Positions 9,035-17,830 of a DNA stretch of 64,000 nt are shown piece by piece. The DNA comes from an uncultured delta proteobacterium (GTDB taxonomy: Bacteria; Myxococcota_A; Polyangia; Polyangiales; B10-G4): assembly GCA_963727445.1 (NCBI GenBank), contig CAVSGI010000010.1:1376001-1440000 (forward strand). The letters run 5' to 3'. The translations under genes were made by a program, and so were the position numbers. The notes beneath the pieces were generated by a model. The model saw only the letters and a program-made list of their open reading frames with translations, made no database searches and was not told the DNA's origin. Each line of letters starts with the position of its first letter. Position 1 is the first letter of the stretch.

Positions 9035-10348
9035 GTGACGACCGCGATCATCCTCGCCGCCCTGGTCGGTCTCGCGCTGCTCCTGTCCTTCGCCTGGAAG
9101 AGCTTGGAAGGGGCGCGGGAGCAGAAGTCGGCGGACTTGCTCGCCGACATGGCGTCGATGGGTGATGTCGCCCCGCCAAGCCTCCACCCGTACATCGATC
9201 CTTCGAAGTGCGTCGGCTCGGGCGCCTGCGTTCGCGCCTGTCCCGAGCACGACGTCATCGCCCTCGTCGGCGGTCAGGCCCAGCTGATCAACCCCCTCGG
9301 CTGCGTCGGCCACGGGGCCTGCGCCGCGGCCTGCAGCTTCGATGCGATCAAGCTCGTCTTCGGAACCGAGACGCACGGCGTCGAGCTGCCCAAGACGGAC
9401 AGGAACTTTCAGACGAATCAGCCCGGCGTCTACATCGTCGGAGAGCTCGGCGGCATGGGGCTCATCCGCAACGCCGTGTCACAGGGCTCGCAAGCGGTGG
9501 CGCACATCGCCTCGGGCGGTCGGCGCGGCGGCGGGGATGTCTTCGACGTGATCGTGGTCGGCGCAGGCCCCGGCGGGATCGCCGCCACCCTCGCTGCGAT
9601 GGAGGCAGGCTTGAACGTCGTGTGCGTCGAGCGGGAGGAGCTCGGCGGAACCATCCTCCACTACCCGCGCGCGAAGGTCGTGATGACGGGCACCCTCGAG
9701 CTCCCGCTCTACGGCAAGGTCCGCAAGCGCACCATGAGCAAAGAGAAGCTCGTCGAGCTCTGGGACGACATCCGCGACAAGACGCAGCTGCCAGTGGCGA
9801 CAGGTGAGCTCGTCGAAGCGCTCGTGCAGAACGCGGACGGCACCTGGACCGTTCGCTCGACGACGGGGGATCGCCGTGGCGCCAACGTGGTGCTCGCCCT
9901 CGGGCGGCGCGGCTCACCCCGCAAGCTGGGTGTACCCGGCGAGGATCACGCCAAGGTCGCCTATCGGCTCCTCGAGCCGGAGGTCTTCGAAGGACAGCAC
10001 GTGCTGGTCGTGGGCGGAGGCAACAGCGCCGTGGAGAGCGCGATCGCCCTGGCCGATTACGGCGGCTGCGCCTCGGTGGGGATCAGCTACAGACGCACCG
10101 AGTTCGCGCGCTGTCGCGGCGAGAACAAGGCGCGCATCGCGGAGCTCCTATCGACGGGAAAGGTGCGGGGCTTCTTGCCGAGCAACGTCGCGCGCGTCGA
10201 AGATCGAACGGTGACTCTGCGCTCCGACGATGGACGCGAGGCGCCGCTCCAAAACGACGCGATCATCGTCCAGATCGGCGGCACCAGCCCGGCGAAGCTC
10301 CTCCAGAGCTTCGGGATCCAGATGGTGACGAAGTACGGCGAGCGTTGA
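9035..10348 (+). CDS. membrane-anchored ferredoxin-domain NAD(P)/FAD oxidoreductase (TrxR/YpdA-like)
   Basis: N-terminal TM helix; CVGSGACVRACP and CVGHGACAAACS; TNQPGVYIVGE; VIVVGAGPGG (FAD); VLVVGGGNSA..SYRR (NADPH-type). Confidence 0.9.
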   Translation: MTTAIILAALVGLALLLSFAWKSLEGAREQKSADLLADMASMGDVAPPSLHPYIDPSKCVGSGACVRACPEHDVIALVGGQAQLINPLGCVGHGACAAACSFDAIKLVFGTETHGVELPKTDRNFQTNQPGVYIVGELGGMGLIRNAVSQGSQAVAHIASGGRRGGGDVFDVIVVGAGPGGIAATLAAMEAGLNVVCVEREELGGTILHYPRAKVVMTGTLELPLYGKVRKRTMSKEKLVELWDDIRDKTQLPVATGELVEALVQNADGTWTVRSTTGDRRGANVVLALGRRGSPRKLGVPGEDHAKVAYRLLEPEVFEGQHVLVVGGGNSAVESAIALADYGGCASVGISYRRTEFARCRGENKARIAELLSTGKVRGFLPSNVARVEDRTVTLRSDDGREAPLQNDAIIVQIGGTSPAKLLQSFGIQMVTKYGER

Positions 10349-10354
10349 AGAACC

Positions 10355-11395
10355 TCACGGGCACGCGCTGGCACCGCCGCCCACGCAGATCGTCAGAGAA
10401 CCGTAGTCGCAACACTGCCCCGAACAGCCACCGCAGGGACAGGCGCTGCACCCGAGCGTCGTGAAGGTCCGGCAGCTCCCGCCGACGCAAACGGCGTTCG
10501 GGGCGCACGGCATGTCACACCCACCGCAGTGTCGGGGATCGGTCGTGATGTCGACGCAGTGATTGGAGCAGTTCGTCATCGTGGTCGTGCAGCGGTCCTC
10601 GCAGGTTCCGCTGCGACACGTGACCTCGCTCCCCGTGTCGCAGGCCCTACCCTCCGAGCCGCAGTTGTTCGGGTCGGTTCGCAGGATGGTGCAGCTCCCG
10701 TCGGAGAGCATGTCGAGCTCCGGGCGACACTCGCAGCTCCCGCCGGTGCAGTACTGCTCGCCGACGGCGCAGGACGAGCCGCAGCCCGGCACGCTGGTGT
10801 CCTCCGTGCTCGTATCCCACGACCCCGTGTCCCAACCCGAGTCGACGCGGGAATCACGTCCGCTGTCCCTGACGTTCGTGTCGGGTCGCGCGTCCATCGC
10901 GGTGTCCGGGGGCGCGTCGGGGAGCGCGTCCATCGCTCCGTCGGGCGCCGTCGCGTCGGGCATACCCGCGTCGTCGGACGTACAGCGCCCCTCTGTGCAC
11001 TCCATCGACGTGCAGGCCGCCTCGCCCGGACCCGGGTCGAGCGTCACGACGAAGGGGTCCACCTCGGTCGGCAGCGTGAGCTCGCGACACCCTTCGACGT
11101 ACCAGTGGCAGCTCTCGTTGCGCGCCCTTCCGCGTACGGCGTAGCTCCCCGCAGGCAGCGCCATCGGCCGCATGGTGCCCGACCCCGAAAGCGGAACCTC
11201 GGCGCTGAAGAGCACGCGCCCGTCGCAGCTCCCCTCGAGGATCGACGCCTCGACGTAGCGCGCCTGCGCCCGCTCGGCCTCGGTTCGAAAGTGAACGCCC
11301 CAATGGAGCGGGTGCGCATCGGCCCGGCACGCCGTGAGCAGGGTCAGCAGGACCCAAGCAGCGCGAATCGTCAGTTGCGACCGTTCGGATGACAT
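10355..11395 (-). CDS. Cys-rich lipoprotein (myxobacterial DPxNCGxCG-type repeats)
   Basis: Lipobox LLTAC; D/A/T-rich linker; TDPNNCG and TDPRHCGGC repeats; paralog of 16441..17634. Confidence 0.8.
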   Translation of the reverse strand: MSSERSQLTIRAAWVLLTLLTACRADAHPLHWGVHFRTEAERAQARYVEASILEGSCDGRVLFSAEVPLSGSGTMRPMALPAGSYAVRGRARNESCHWYVEGCRELTLPTEVDPFVVTLDPGPGEAACTSMECTEGRCTSDDAGMPDATAPDGAMDALPDAPPDTAMDARPDTNVRDSGRDSRVDSGWDTGSWDTSTEDTSVPGCGSSCAVGEQYCTGGSCECRPELDMLSDGSCTILRTDPNNCGSEGRACDTGSEVTCRSGTCEDRCTTTMTNCSNHCVDITTDPRHCGGCDMPCAPNAVCVGGSCRTFTTLGCSACPCGGCSGQCCDYGSLTICVGGGASACP

Positions 11396-12276
11396 TCGAG
11401 GCAGAAGTTCACGGAGGAGGTGCCGGTTGGATAATCCCGAACCTCACGGTGCTTGCTGTCCATGCGGGAGCGCGAGTGTTCTCCGGTGTGACAGCCGATG
11501 CAGTCGGTGTTCATCCCGCCCGTGCTCGGCCCGAGATCCGGGTTGTGGCAATCGAGGCAGGCGTAGTCGTGAGGCTCCCGCTGGATCGGGAAGCGCGACT
11601 CCGGGTGCGCGGCCTCGAGCGCCGGCGTCCACGCGGTCGTCGTGTGGCACGTGTCGCAGGTCGTCGGGAAGGAGCCGTGCCCCGGATAGGGGCTCGAGTC
11701 GTAGTCTGCGCGGTGACAGCCCACGCAATCGCGCGGCGTGCCCGCGTAAACCGGCGGGCTGCCCACGTGACAGCTCGAGCACGCCGTCGCCGCGTGGGCG
11801 CCGTCGAGGGGCCAGGAGTGATCGAAGGTCGAGGGCCGCCAGGCCGCGTCGTCGTGACACTGGGCGCAGTCCGTGGGGTAGCCGTCGTGCGGCGGCATGG
11901 TGGCGTTGTCGTAGTCGCTCTGATGACAACCGACGCAGGTGTTCGGCGTGTCGCCGGGACGGTAGCCGACCGTATGACACCGGTTGCAGTCGAGCTCCGC
12001 ATGCGCGTTCTGGAGCACGAACCACTCGTGGTTGATCGCCACCGCCGGAACCCACGCGTCCTCGGTGTGGCAGTCGGCGCACTTGGTGTCGAAGAGATCC
12101 TGGTGCACCGGATTGTCAGTCGCCTGGTACTCGGGGAGGTGGCAGAGGACGCAGTCCTCCTCCATCACCGGCACCGCCTCGTGCCGGGGGTCCTGACAGG
12201 CCCCGAGGGCCGCCGCGGCCACGAAAACCAGCCCCAGGACCACACTCCATCCCCGGCGAGACATGACCATACGCAT
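11371..12276 (-). CDS. 11-heme cytochrome c lipoprotein
   Basis: Lipobox ALGAC; 11 CxxCH (CVLCH, CADCH, CNRCH, CVGCH, CAQCH, CSSCH, CVGCH, CDTCH, CLDCH, CIGCH, CLECH). Confidence 0.92.
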   Translation of the reverse strand: MRMVMSRRGWSVVLGLVFVAAAALGACQDPRHEAVPVMEEDCVLCHLPEYQATDNPVHQDLFDTKCADCHTEDAWVPAVAINHEWFVLQNAHAELDCNRCHTVGYRPGDTPNTCVGCHQSDYDNATMPPHDGYPTDCAQCHDDAAWRPSTFDHSWPLDGAHAATACSSCHVGSPPVYAGTPRDCVGCHRADYDSSPYPGHGSFPTTCDTCHTTTAWTPALEAAHPESRFPIQREPHDYACLDCHNPDLGPSTGGMNTDCIGCHTGEHSRSRMDSKHREVRDYPTGTSSVNFCLECHPNGRN

Positions 12277-12320
12277 CGTATGTCACCCCGGGCCGATCGA
12301 TTGATCAATCTTTCGGACCG

Positions 12321-15020
12321 TCACCGATCGAGGGGGACGATGACCCGGGTCCGCTGCCCTGCCCTCACCCGGATCGTCGCGGCTTTTTCGGGGCTTCGGC
12401 CGAAAGGCAGGAGCCGCAAGCGGTAGCTTCCTGGCCTCAGGCGCAAGGTCCCTGGGGATCGCCCGACGCGTTGATCCCCGATATACACGTCCGCCCACCC
12501 ACCGGGCGTCGCGATGTTCACGCGACCGCGCCTCGGCTGACGGGTTGTCGTCGGGGCTCGTGCCCCCCCAGGGTCCGGCGCCTCCTCGACGCTGGGGTCG
12601 GACGCCTCCTCGAGAGTGGGATCCGGCTGCGGATCGGGATCGCCGGGACCCAGGAGCTCGAGGCCGTCCTCGTCGCCTGCCTCCACCGCGACAGCCTCGG
12701 GCGCTTCGGGCTCGCCAACGGATGGGGTCACCTCTTCTTCGGTCGTCTCCGTCTCGCCTTGCTCTCGGGTGTCTCGGGTTCCGCGCTCGGGGGTGAAGAC
12801 GTGGGTGCCTGCCCACACGCCGATCACCGCCACCGCGATCACCGCTCCGATCCAGCCGATCGCCCGCAGGGGCGAGTGCGACTCCTCCGAGGGGTAGTGG
12901 CTGATGCGCTGCTCGGGTGGCGGCACCTCGATCAATTCCGAGTCACCGAGATTCTGCGTGTGGTGGGCGTCGTGCTTCTGGGGACCGCGCACGTGCGCAA
13001 TCAGGTCCTCGAGGTGCTTTCGTTCCCGGCCGAAGACCCGCTCCATCCACTCGGCGAGGTCCGCTCGAGAGACGGGCTCGGCCTCCGCCGCCATCACGCG
13101 CGCCAGATCGCGCCCGAGATCGCGCGCCGTCGGGTAGCGCTGGTCGGGGTCTCGGCTGAGCGCTTTGAGGGTGACCCGGTCGAGCTCCGCGGAGACCCGC
13201 GGGTTGAGCTCGGAGGGCGGCGGGATGGGAGCGTCGAGCACCGCCATCAGGGTGTCGGGATCATTGTCGCGCCGGAAGAGCCGCCGCCCTGTGAGCAGCT
13301 CCCAGAGCACGATCCCCATCGCCCAGACGTCGACGCGACGGTCGAGCTTCTTTCGCCGGCACTGCTCCGGCGAGACGTAGCCCAGCTTGCCCTTCATGGC
13401 GCCGGTCTTGGTCTTGTGGAGCCGGCCCGCCGCCCGCGCGATGCCGAAGTCGACGACGGTGACATGGCCCCCGAAGCCGAGGAAGAGGTTCTGCGGTGAG
13501 ACGTCGCGGTGGATCACGTCGAGGGGCTTGCCGAAGTCGTCCTTCGTCTCGTGGGCGGCGTGAAGCCCTTCGCACGCGTCCGCGATGATGTAGGCGGCGA
13601 GGGCGGGCCATGTCGGCGCCTCTCGGTCCTCCTTGCTCTCCGCGATCTTCTTGAACACCGCCCCCAGGGTCTCGCCCTGGATGAACTCCATCGCGATGTA
13701 GTAGCCGCCGTCGACCCGTCCGAAATCGAAGACGCTGCACACGTTCGGGTGGTCGATGCGCGAGGCGATGCGCGCCTCGTCCAGGAACATCTCGATGAAG
13801 GACGCTTCCCTGGCGAGGTGGGGATGGATGCGCTTGAGGGCGACGAGCTTCTCGAAGCCGCCCGGCCCTTCGGCGCGCGCCAAGAAGACGGTCGCCATCC
13901 CGCCCGAGGCCAGCTCCGCGCTCAAGGTGTAACGGCCGAATTTCTGGCCCGGCTGGGCATCGGAAAAGGACGCGCCCGGCGGGCGAATGGGCGTGAGGGC
14001 CTGCCCGTCGGCGCTCGTCACGGCGGTCACGAAGGAGTCGGCATCGCCGAAGTCCTTCAGGCTCAGCTCCGGCCTGATCTCGCCGGTCGGCTCGGCGACG
14101 AAAGAGCTCGGGCCGGGCTTGGGGTGAGGCCGGGTGGTCGCCATGTCGGTCGCGCGCCCGGCGAGCACGTCCCGGGCTGCACGCCCGCCCGCCGCACGTG
14201 CGCGTGCCACGAAGCCCTCGAGCACGTCCGCCACGTCGCGCGCCCGCTCCGGCCGCTCCTTCGGCTCGACCGCCAACATCGAGCGCAACAGTGGTCTCAA
14301 CTCCTCGGGAACCCCATCCCAGGCAACCACCTCCAGATCGGCCTCGGCCGGCAAGGCCCCGGTGAAGGCGCGCACGAGGATGCGACCGAGGGAGTAGAGG
14401 TCCGCTCTCGCGTCCACCGCCCCACGCCGCCACTGCTCTGGCGCCATGTACTCCGGGGTTCCACCGACGAGCGCCTCCTCGTCATCGACGGCGATGGCGA
14501 CGCCGAAATCCGTCAGGCGAACGTCGCCCGCGCGCGAGATGAGGATGTTCCCCGGCTTGACGTCGCGATGGATGATCGGCTGATGCTCGTTGTGGTGTGC
14601 ATAGTCGAGAGCCCGCGCCACCTCCGCCACGACGTGCGCGACCACATCGGGCGCGAGCTGCATCCCGGACTCCTGCGCCTCGTCGAGGATCTGGCCGAGA
14701 TCCGTCCCGTCCACCCACTCCATGGCGAGGAAGTACTCGTCGCCGGCCCGTCCGAAATCGAACACGGGAACGATGTTGGCGTGGGCCAGCCGCATGGAGA
14801 GGCGCGCCTCGCTGACGAAACGGTCGAGCGTCCCCGGTCGCGACAGCCGCTCGGCCTGGATGCGCTTGATGCACAGGTCCTTCACCACCCCGCCGGGCCC
14901 GAACGCCCGGGCGCGATGGACTTCGCCCATGCTCCCGCGACCGAGCGACTCGAAGAGAATGTACTTCCCGACGCGCTCAGGGCCTCTTGCAGGGCTCGCC
15001 TCCGACACGGCGAGGATCAT
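12321..15020 (-). CDS. Ser/Thr kinase with two tandem kinase domains, TM helix and PEGA-like domain
   Basis: Domain 1: LGRGSMG, HRDVKPGN, DFG, YMAPEQ. Domain 2: LASGGMA, HRDVSPQN, DFG, YVSPEQ. Then TM helix and TPGGWADVYIG. Confidence 0.93.
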   Translation of the reverse strand: MILAVSEASPARGPERVGKYILFESLGRGSMGEVHRARAFGPGGVVKDLCIKRIQAERLSRPGTLDRFVSEARLSMRLAHANIVPVFDFGRAGDEYFLAMEWVDGTDLGQILDEAQESGMQLAPDVVAHVVAEVARALDYAHHNEHQPIIHRDVKPGNILISRAGDVRLTDFGVAIAVDDEEALVGGTPEYMAPEQWRRGAVDARADLYSLGRILVRAFTGALPAEADLEVVAWDGVPEELRPLLRSMLAVEPKERPERARDVADVLEGFVARARAAGGRAARDVLAGRATDMATTRPHPKPGPSSFVAEPTGEIRPELSLKDFGDADSFVTAVTSADGQALTPIRPPGASFSDAQPGQKFGRYTLSAELASGGMATVFLARAEGPGGFEKLVALKRIHPHLAREASFIEMFLDEARIASRIDHPNVCSVFDFGRVDGGYYIAMEFIQGETLGAVFKKIAESKEDREAPTWPALAAYIIADACEGLHAAHETKDDFGKPLDVIHRDVSPQNLFLGFGGHVTVVDFGIARAAGRLHKTKTGAMKGKLGYVSPEQCRRKKLDRRVDVWAMGIVLWELLTGRRLFRRDNDPDTLMAVLDAPIPPPSELNPRVSAELDRVTLKALSRDPDQRYPTARDLGRDLARVMAAEAEPVSRADLAEWMERVFGRERKHLEDLIAHVRGPQKHDAHHTQNLGDSELIEVPPPEQRISHYPSEESHSPLRAIGWIGAVIAVAVIGVWAGTHVFTPERGTRDTREQGETETTEEEVTPSVGEPEAPEAVAVEAGDEDGLELLGPGDPDPQPDPTLEEASDPSVEEAPDPGGARAPTTTRQPRRGRVNIATPGGWADVYIGDQRVGRSPGTLRLRPGSYRLRLLPFGRSPEKAATIRVRAGQRTRVIVPLDR

Positions 15021-15028
15021 ACGCGTCT

Positions 15029-16372
15029 TCAGTCGCGGCGTGATGGGGGCGGCGGTTTGAGGCCGAGCTTCTCCATCCGGTAGAGCAGAGCCCGGCGGGA
15101 GATCCCGAGTCGTTTCGCCGCGTGGGTGCGGTTGCCGCCGCAGGCTTCGAGGGCGGAGAGGATCACGTCGCGCTCCGCGTCGTCCACCTTCTGTACGAGG
15201 CTACCGCCTCGGGCGTTGCTGGGCGAAGCGGAGAGGTCGCCGAGATCTCCTGCTCGCACCAGCTCGTGGGGGGAAGTCGCCACCACGCGCTCCATCACGT
15301 TGCGGAGCTCGCGGACGTTGCCCGGCCATCGATGACTGCGAAGGGCGGCCACCGCGTCGGGGGCCAGCTCGAAGGAACGCGAGGGGCTGAGCTCGGAGAG
15401 GAAGTGCTGCGCCAGCGGGATCACGTCCTCGACGCGCTCCCTCAGGGGCGGCACGAGGATGCGGACGACATCGAGCCGAAACCGTAGGTCCTCCCGAAAG
15501 CTCCCGCGCTCGACCGCTACGTCGAGGTCCCGATTCGTCGCCGCGATGACGCGAACGTCGATTGGGATCTCCTCCGTGTCGCCCACCCGGGTGATGACGC
15601 GCGACTCGAGGGCGCGCAGGAGGCGGGCCTGGGTGGCGAGGCTCAGCTCGGCCACCTCGTCGAGAAAGAGCGTGCCGCCCCCAGCCGTCTCGAAGAGCCC
15701 GGGCCGCCGGTCGCTGGCGCCGGTGAAGGCGCCCTTTTCGTGTCCGAAGAGGGTGGACATGGCGACCCCCTCAGCGATGGCCCCGCAGTTGACCGCCACG
15801 AAGGGTCCTCCGGCGCGCCGGCTTCGGCGGTGGATGCGCTGAGCCAGCACCTCTTTGCCCGCCCCGGTCTCCCCGAAGAGCAGGATCGTGCTGTCGGTGG
15901 CCGCGGCGCGATCCGCGAGCTCCAGCACCTCGTGCATGGCGCGATCGTGCGCGACGAGATGTGCGTCGGCCTGCGGCTCGCGCAGGTCTTGCGCATGGCT
16001 CCGCGCCGCGGTCCCACCGACCACGACCACGAAACGCGCCTCGCCGACCTGCAACTCCGCCCCCGAGGCGACGCGCCGCGTGCCCCGCACGCGCTGTCCG
16101 TCCACCAGGGTTCCGTTTCGGCTTCCATAGTCGACCAAAGTGACCGTGCCGCCGCCGTCCCAGCGGAGCGTTGCGTGAGTTCGGCTGACCAATCCATCGT
16201 CGACGACCACGCCCGAGGAGCGACTGCGGCCGATGCTGAGCTCGGCCCCGCGCGGCAGCTCGGCCAGCGGAGGCGCAGCGGGCCCGGAAACCACGGTGAG
16301 ATAGGCGCGCGGTCCGTCATTCCTCGGTTTGTCGAGGGGGGAATCGAAAGTCGTGCCGTCTCTCGCCGCCAA
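15029..16372 (-). CDS. FHA-domain sigma-54-dependent enhancer-binding protein
   Basis: FHA (IGRS..VSRTH..SRNGT), Walker A GETGAGKE, GAFTGA, LFLDEV, WPGNVREL, Fis-type HTH. Start uncertain (TTG 16372 chosen; 16477 overlaps the next gene). Confidence 0.93.
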   Translation of the reverse strand: MAARDGTTFDSPLDKPRNDGPRAYLTVVSGPAAPPLAELPRGAELSIGRSRSSGVVVDDGLVSRTHATLRWDGGGTVTLVDYGSRNGTLVDGQRVRGTRRVASGAELQVGEARFVVVVGGTAARSHAQDLREPQADAHLVAHDRAMHEVLELADRAAATDSTILLFGETGAGKEVLAQRIHRRSRRAGGPFVAVNCGAIAEGVAMSTLFGHEKGAFTGASDRRPGLFETAGGGTLFLDEVAELSLATQARLLRALESRVITRVGDTEEIPIDVRVIAATNRDLDVAVERGSFREDLRFRLDVVRILVPPLRERVEDVIPLAQHFLSELSPSRSFELAPDAVAALRSHRWPGNVRELRNVMERVVATSPHELVRAGDLGDLSASPSNARGGSLVQKVDDAERDVILSALEACGGNRTHAAKRLGISRRALLYRMEKLGLKPPPPSRRD

Positions 16373-16440
16373 GTCGCCGGAGAAATTATCACGTAAGCGG
16401 ACTTGTCGCCTCCCGGGGACCGCGGTGTACATTCGAGATA

Positions 16441-17634
16441 GTGAGAGCCTCGCTTCTTCTTCTTTCGCTGGTGGCATCCCTGCTCAGCGCCGCCGGCTGC
16501 AACTCCGAGCCGCATCCGCTCCGTTGGGGGTTCAGCTTCGACAGCGACGCGGACCGCATGCGGGCGGTCTTCGTGGATGCGGTCATCGCCGAGGGGAGCT
16601 GTGACGGCACGGTGCAGTACGAGTCGCTGATCCAGGTGAGCACGGGCGTGTCCGCCGAACGGCCGAACACGCTGGACCCCGGGCATTACTGTTTCCGAGG
16701 GCGCGCCCGAGACATCGACTGCAACTGGTTCGTCAGCGGCGAGCTCGAGCTCGACCTGCCCACCGAGCAGTCGCCGATCATCGTCGCCCTGAACACCCCG
16801 GAGACGGGCGCAGCGTGCGCGATGATGGAGTGCAGCGAAGGCCTCTGCACCGGCGAGACGCTCGATGGTGGCATGGACGCCACCCCCGATTCGATGCTTG
16901 ACGGCACCACCGACAGCACGGTCGTGGACAGCGGAACCGACACCCGCGCGGACACGCGTCCACCGGACACGGGGATCACGGACACCTGCGTGTCGATGAT
17001 GGAGACGTGCAACGGACTCGACGACGACTGTGATGGTCGCACCGACGAGGACTTCGACCTCAACACGGACGACGCGAACTGCGGAAGCTGCGGGATGGCA
17101 TGCACGGGCGACCTGAGCTGCATGTCCGGCTCCTGCGACTGTCCTTCGTCGCTGACCTTCGATCCGCCGAACAACTGCATCGACACCACCGCGGACCCGA
17201 GCAACTGCGGGGCCGTGGGTACCGTTTGTCGCGACGATCAGTGGTGCCGGGACTCGATATGCGAGTGTCGTCCTGGGCTCACCGACGCGTCGGGGACCTG
17301 CGTCGATCTCTCCACCGACCCGATGAACTGCGGCTCCATCGGCAACGACTGCAGCACCATGGGGTCGATGGTCACCTGCCGAAACACCTGCGAGGACAGC
17401 TGCAACGCCGGCCAGACGAACTGCAGCAACGCCTGCGTCGACCTCAACTCCGACGACTTCAACTGCGGCCTGTGCGGAAATGCGTGCAGTCGCGACCGCT
17501 TCTGCCGGGCCGGTCGATGCGACCGCTACGTCGTGGCGACCGGCTGCTCGTCGTGCCCCTGTGGCGCTTGCGGAGGAGGAACCTTCGACAACTGCACCAG
17601 CTACGGCAGCGCGACGATCTGCTACAACGACTGA
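16441..17634 (+). CDS. Cys-rich lipoprotein with ETCNGLDDDCDG metal-binding motif
   Basis: Lipobox AAGC; CNGLDDDCDG motif; repeated D.xNCG; N-terminal domain shared with 10355..11395. Confidence 0.85.
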   Translation: MRASLLLLSLVASLLSAAGCNSEPHPLRWGFSFDSDADRMRAVFVDAVIAEGSCDGTVQYESLIQVSTGVSAERPNTLDPGHYCFRGRARDIDCNWFVSGELELDLPTEQSPIIVALNTPETGAACAMMECSEGLCTGETLDGGMDATPDSMLDGTTDSTVVDSGTDTRADTRPPDTGITDTCVSMMETCNGLDDDCDGRTDEDFDLNTDDANCGSCGMACTGDLSCMSGSCDCPSSLTFDPPNNCIDTTADPSNCGAVGTVCRDDQWCRDSICECRPGLTDASGTCVDLSTDPMNCGSIGNDCSTMGSMVTCRNTCEDSCNAGQTNCSNACVDLNSDDFNCGLCGNACSRDRFCRAGRCDRYVVATGCSSCPCGACGGGTFDNCTSYGSATICYND

Positions 17635-17646
17635 CCCCTCGTCCAG

Positions 17647-17819
17647 AAAAAATGAGGCCGGCGGCCGCCGTCACGGATGTTGGGGGAGGGGAGGGGTATC
17701 CGTGAGCGACGACCGCCGGGTGGGAAGCTCGGACGGCTTGCGCTCGTCCGGGCGTGGTCTGCGGCTCCCACCCAGGTTGGATTGGGGAGGGGGTATGACT
17801 CGGTGACAACCGCCGACCC
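17647..17819 (-). ncRNA. putative structured RNA / 3' UTR element: three hairpins, two with C-rich loops, ending in a terminator-like U-tract
   Basis: Minus-strand stems close with G-U wobbles; loops contain CCCCUCCCC..AA; the middle hairpin has a GCAA tetraloop; U6 at 17647-17652. Confidence 0.5.
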
Positions 17820-17830
17820 TTGTTCTTTGT

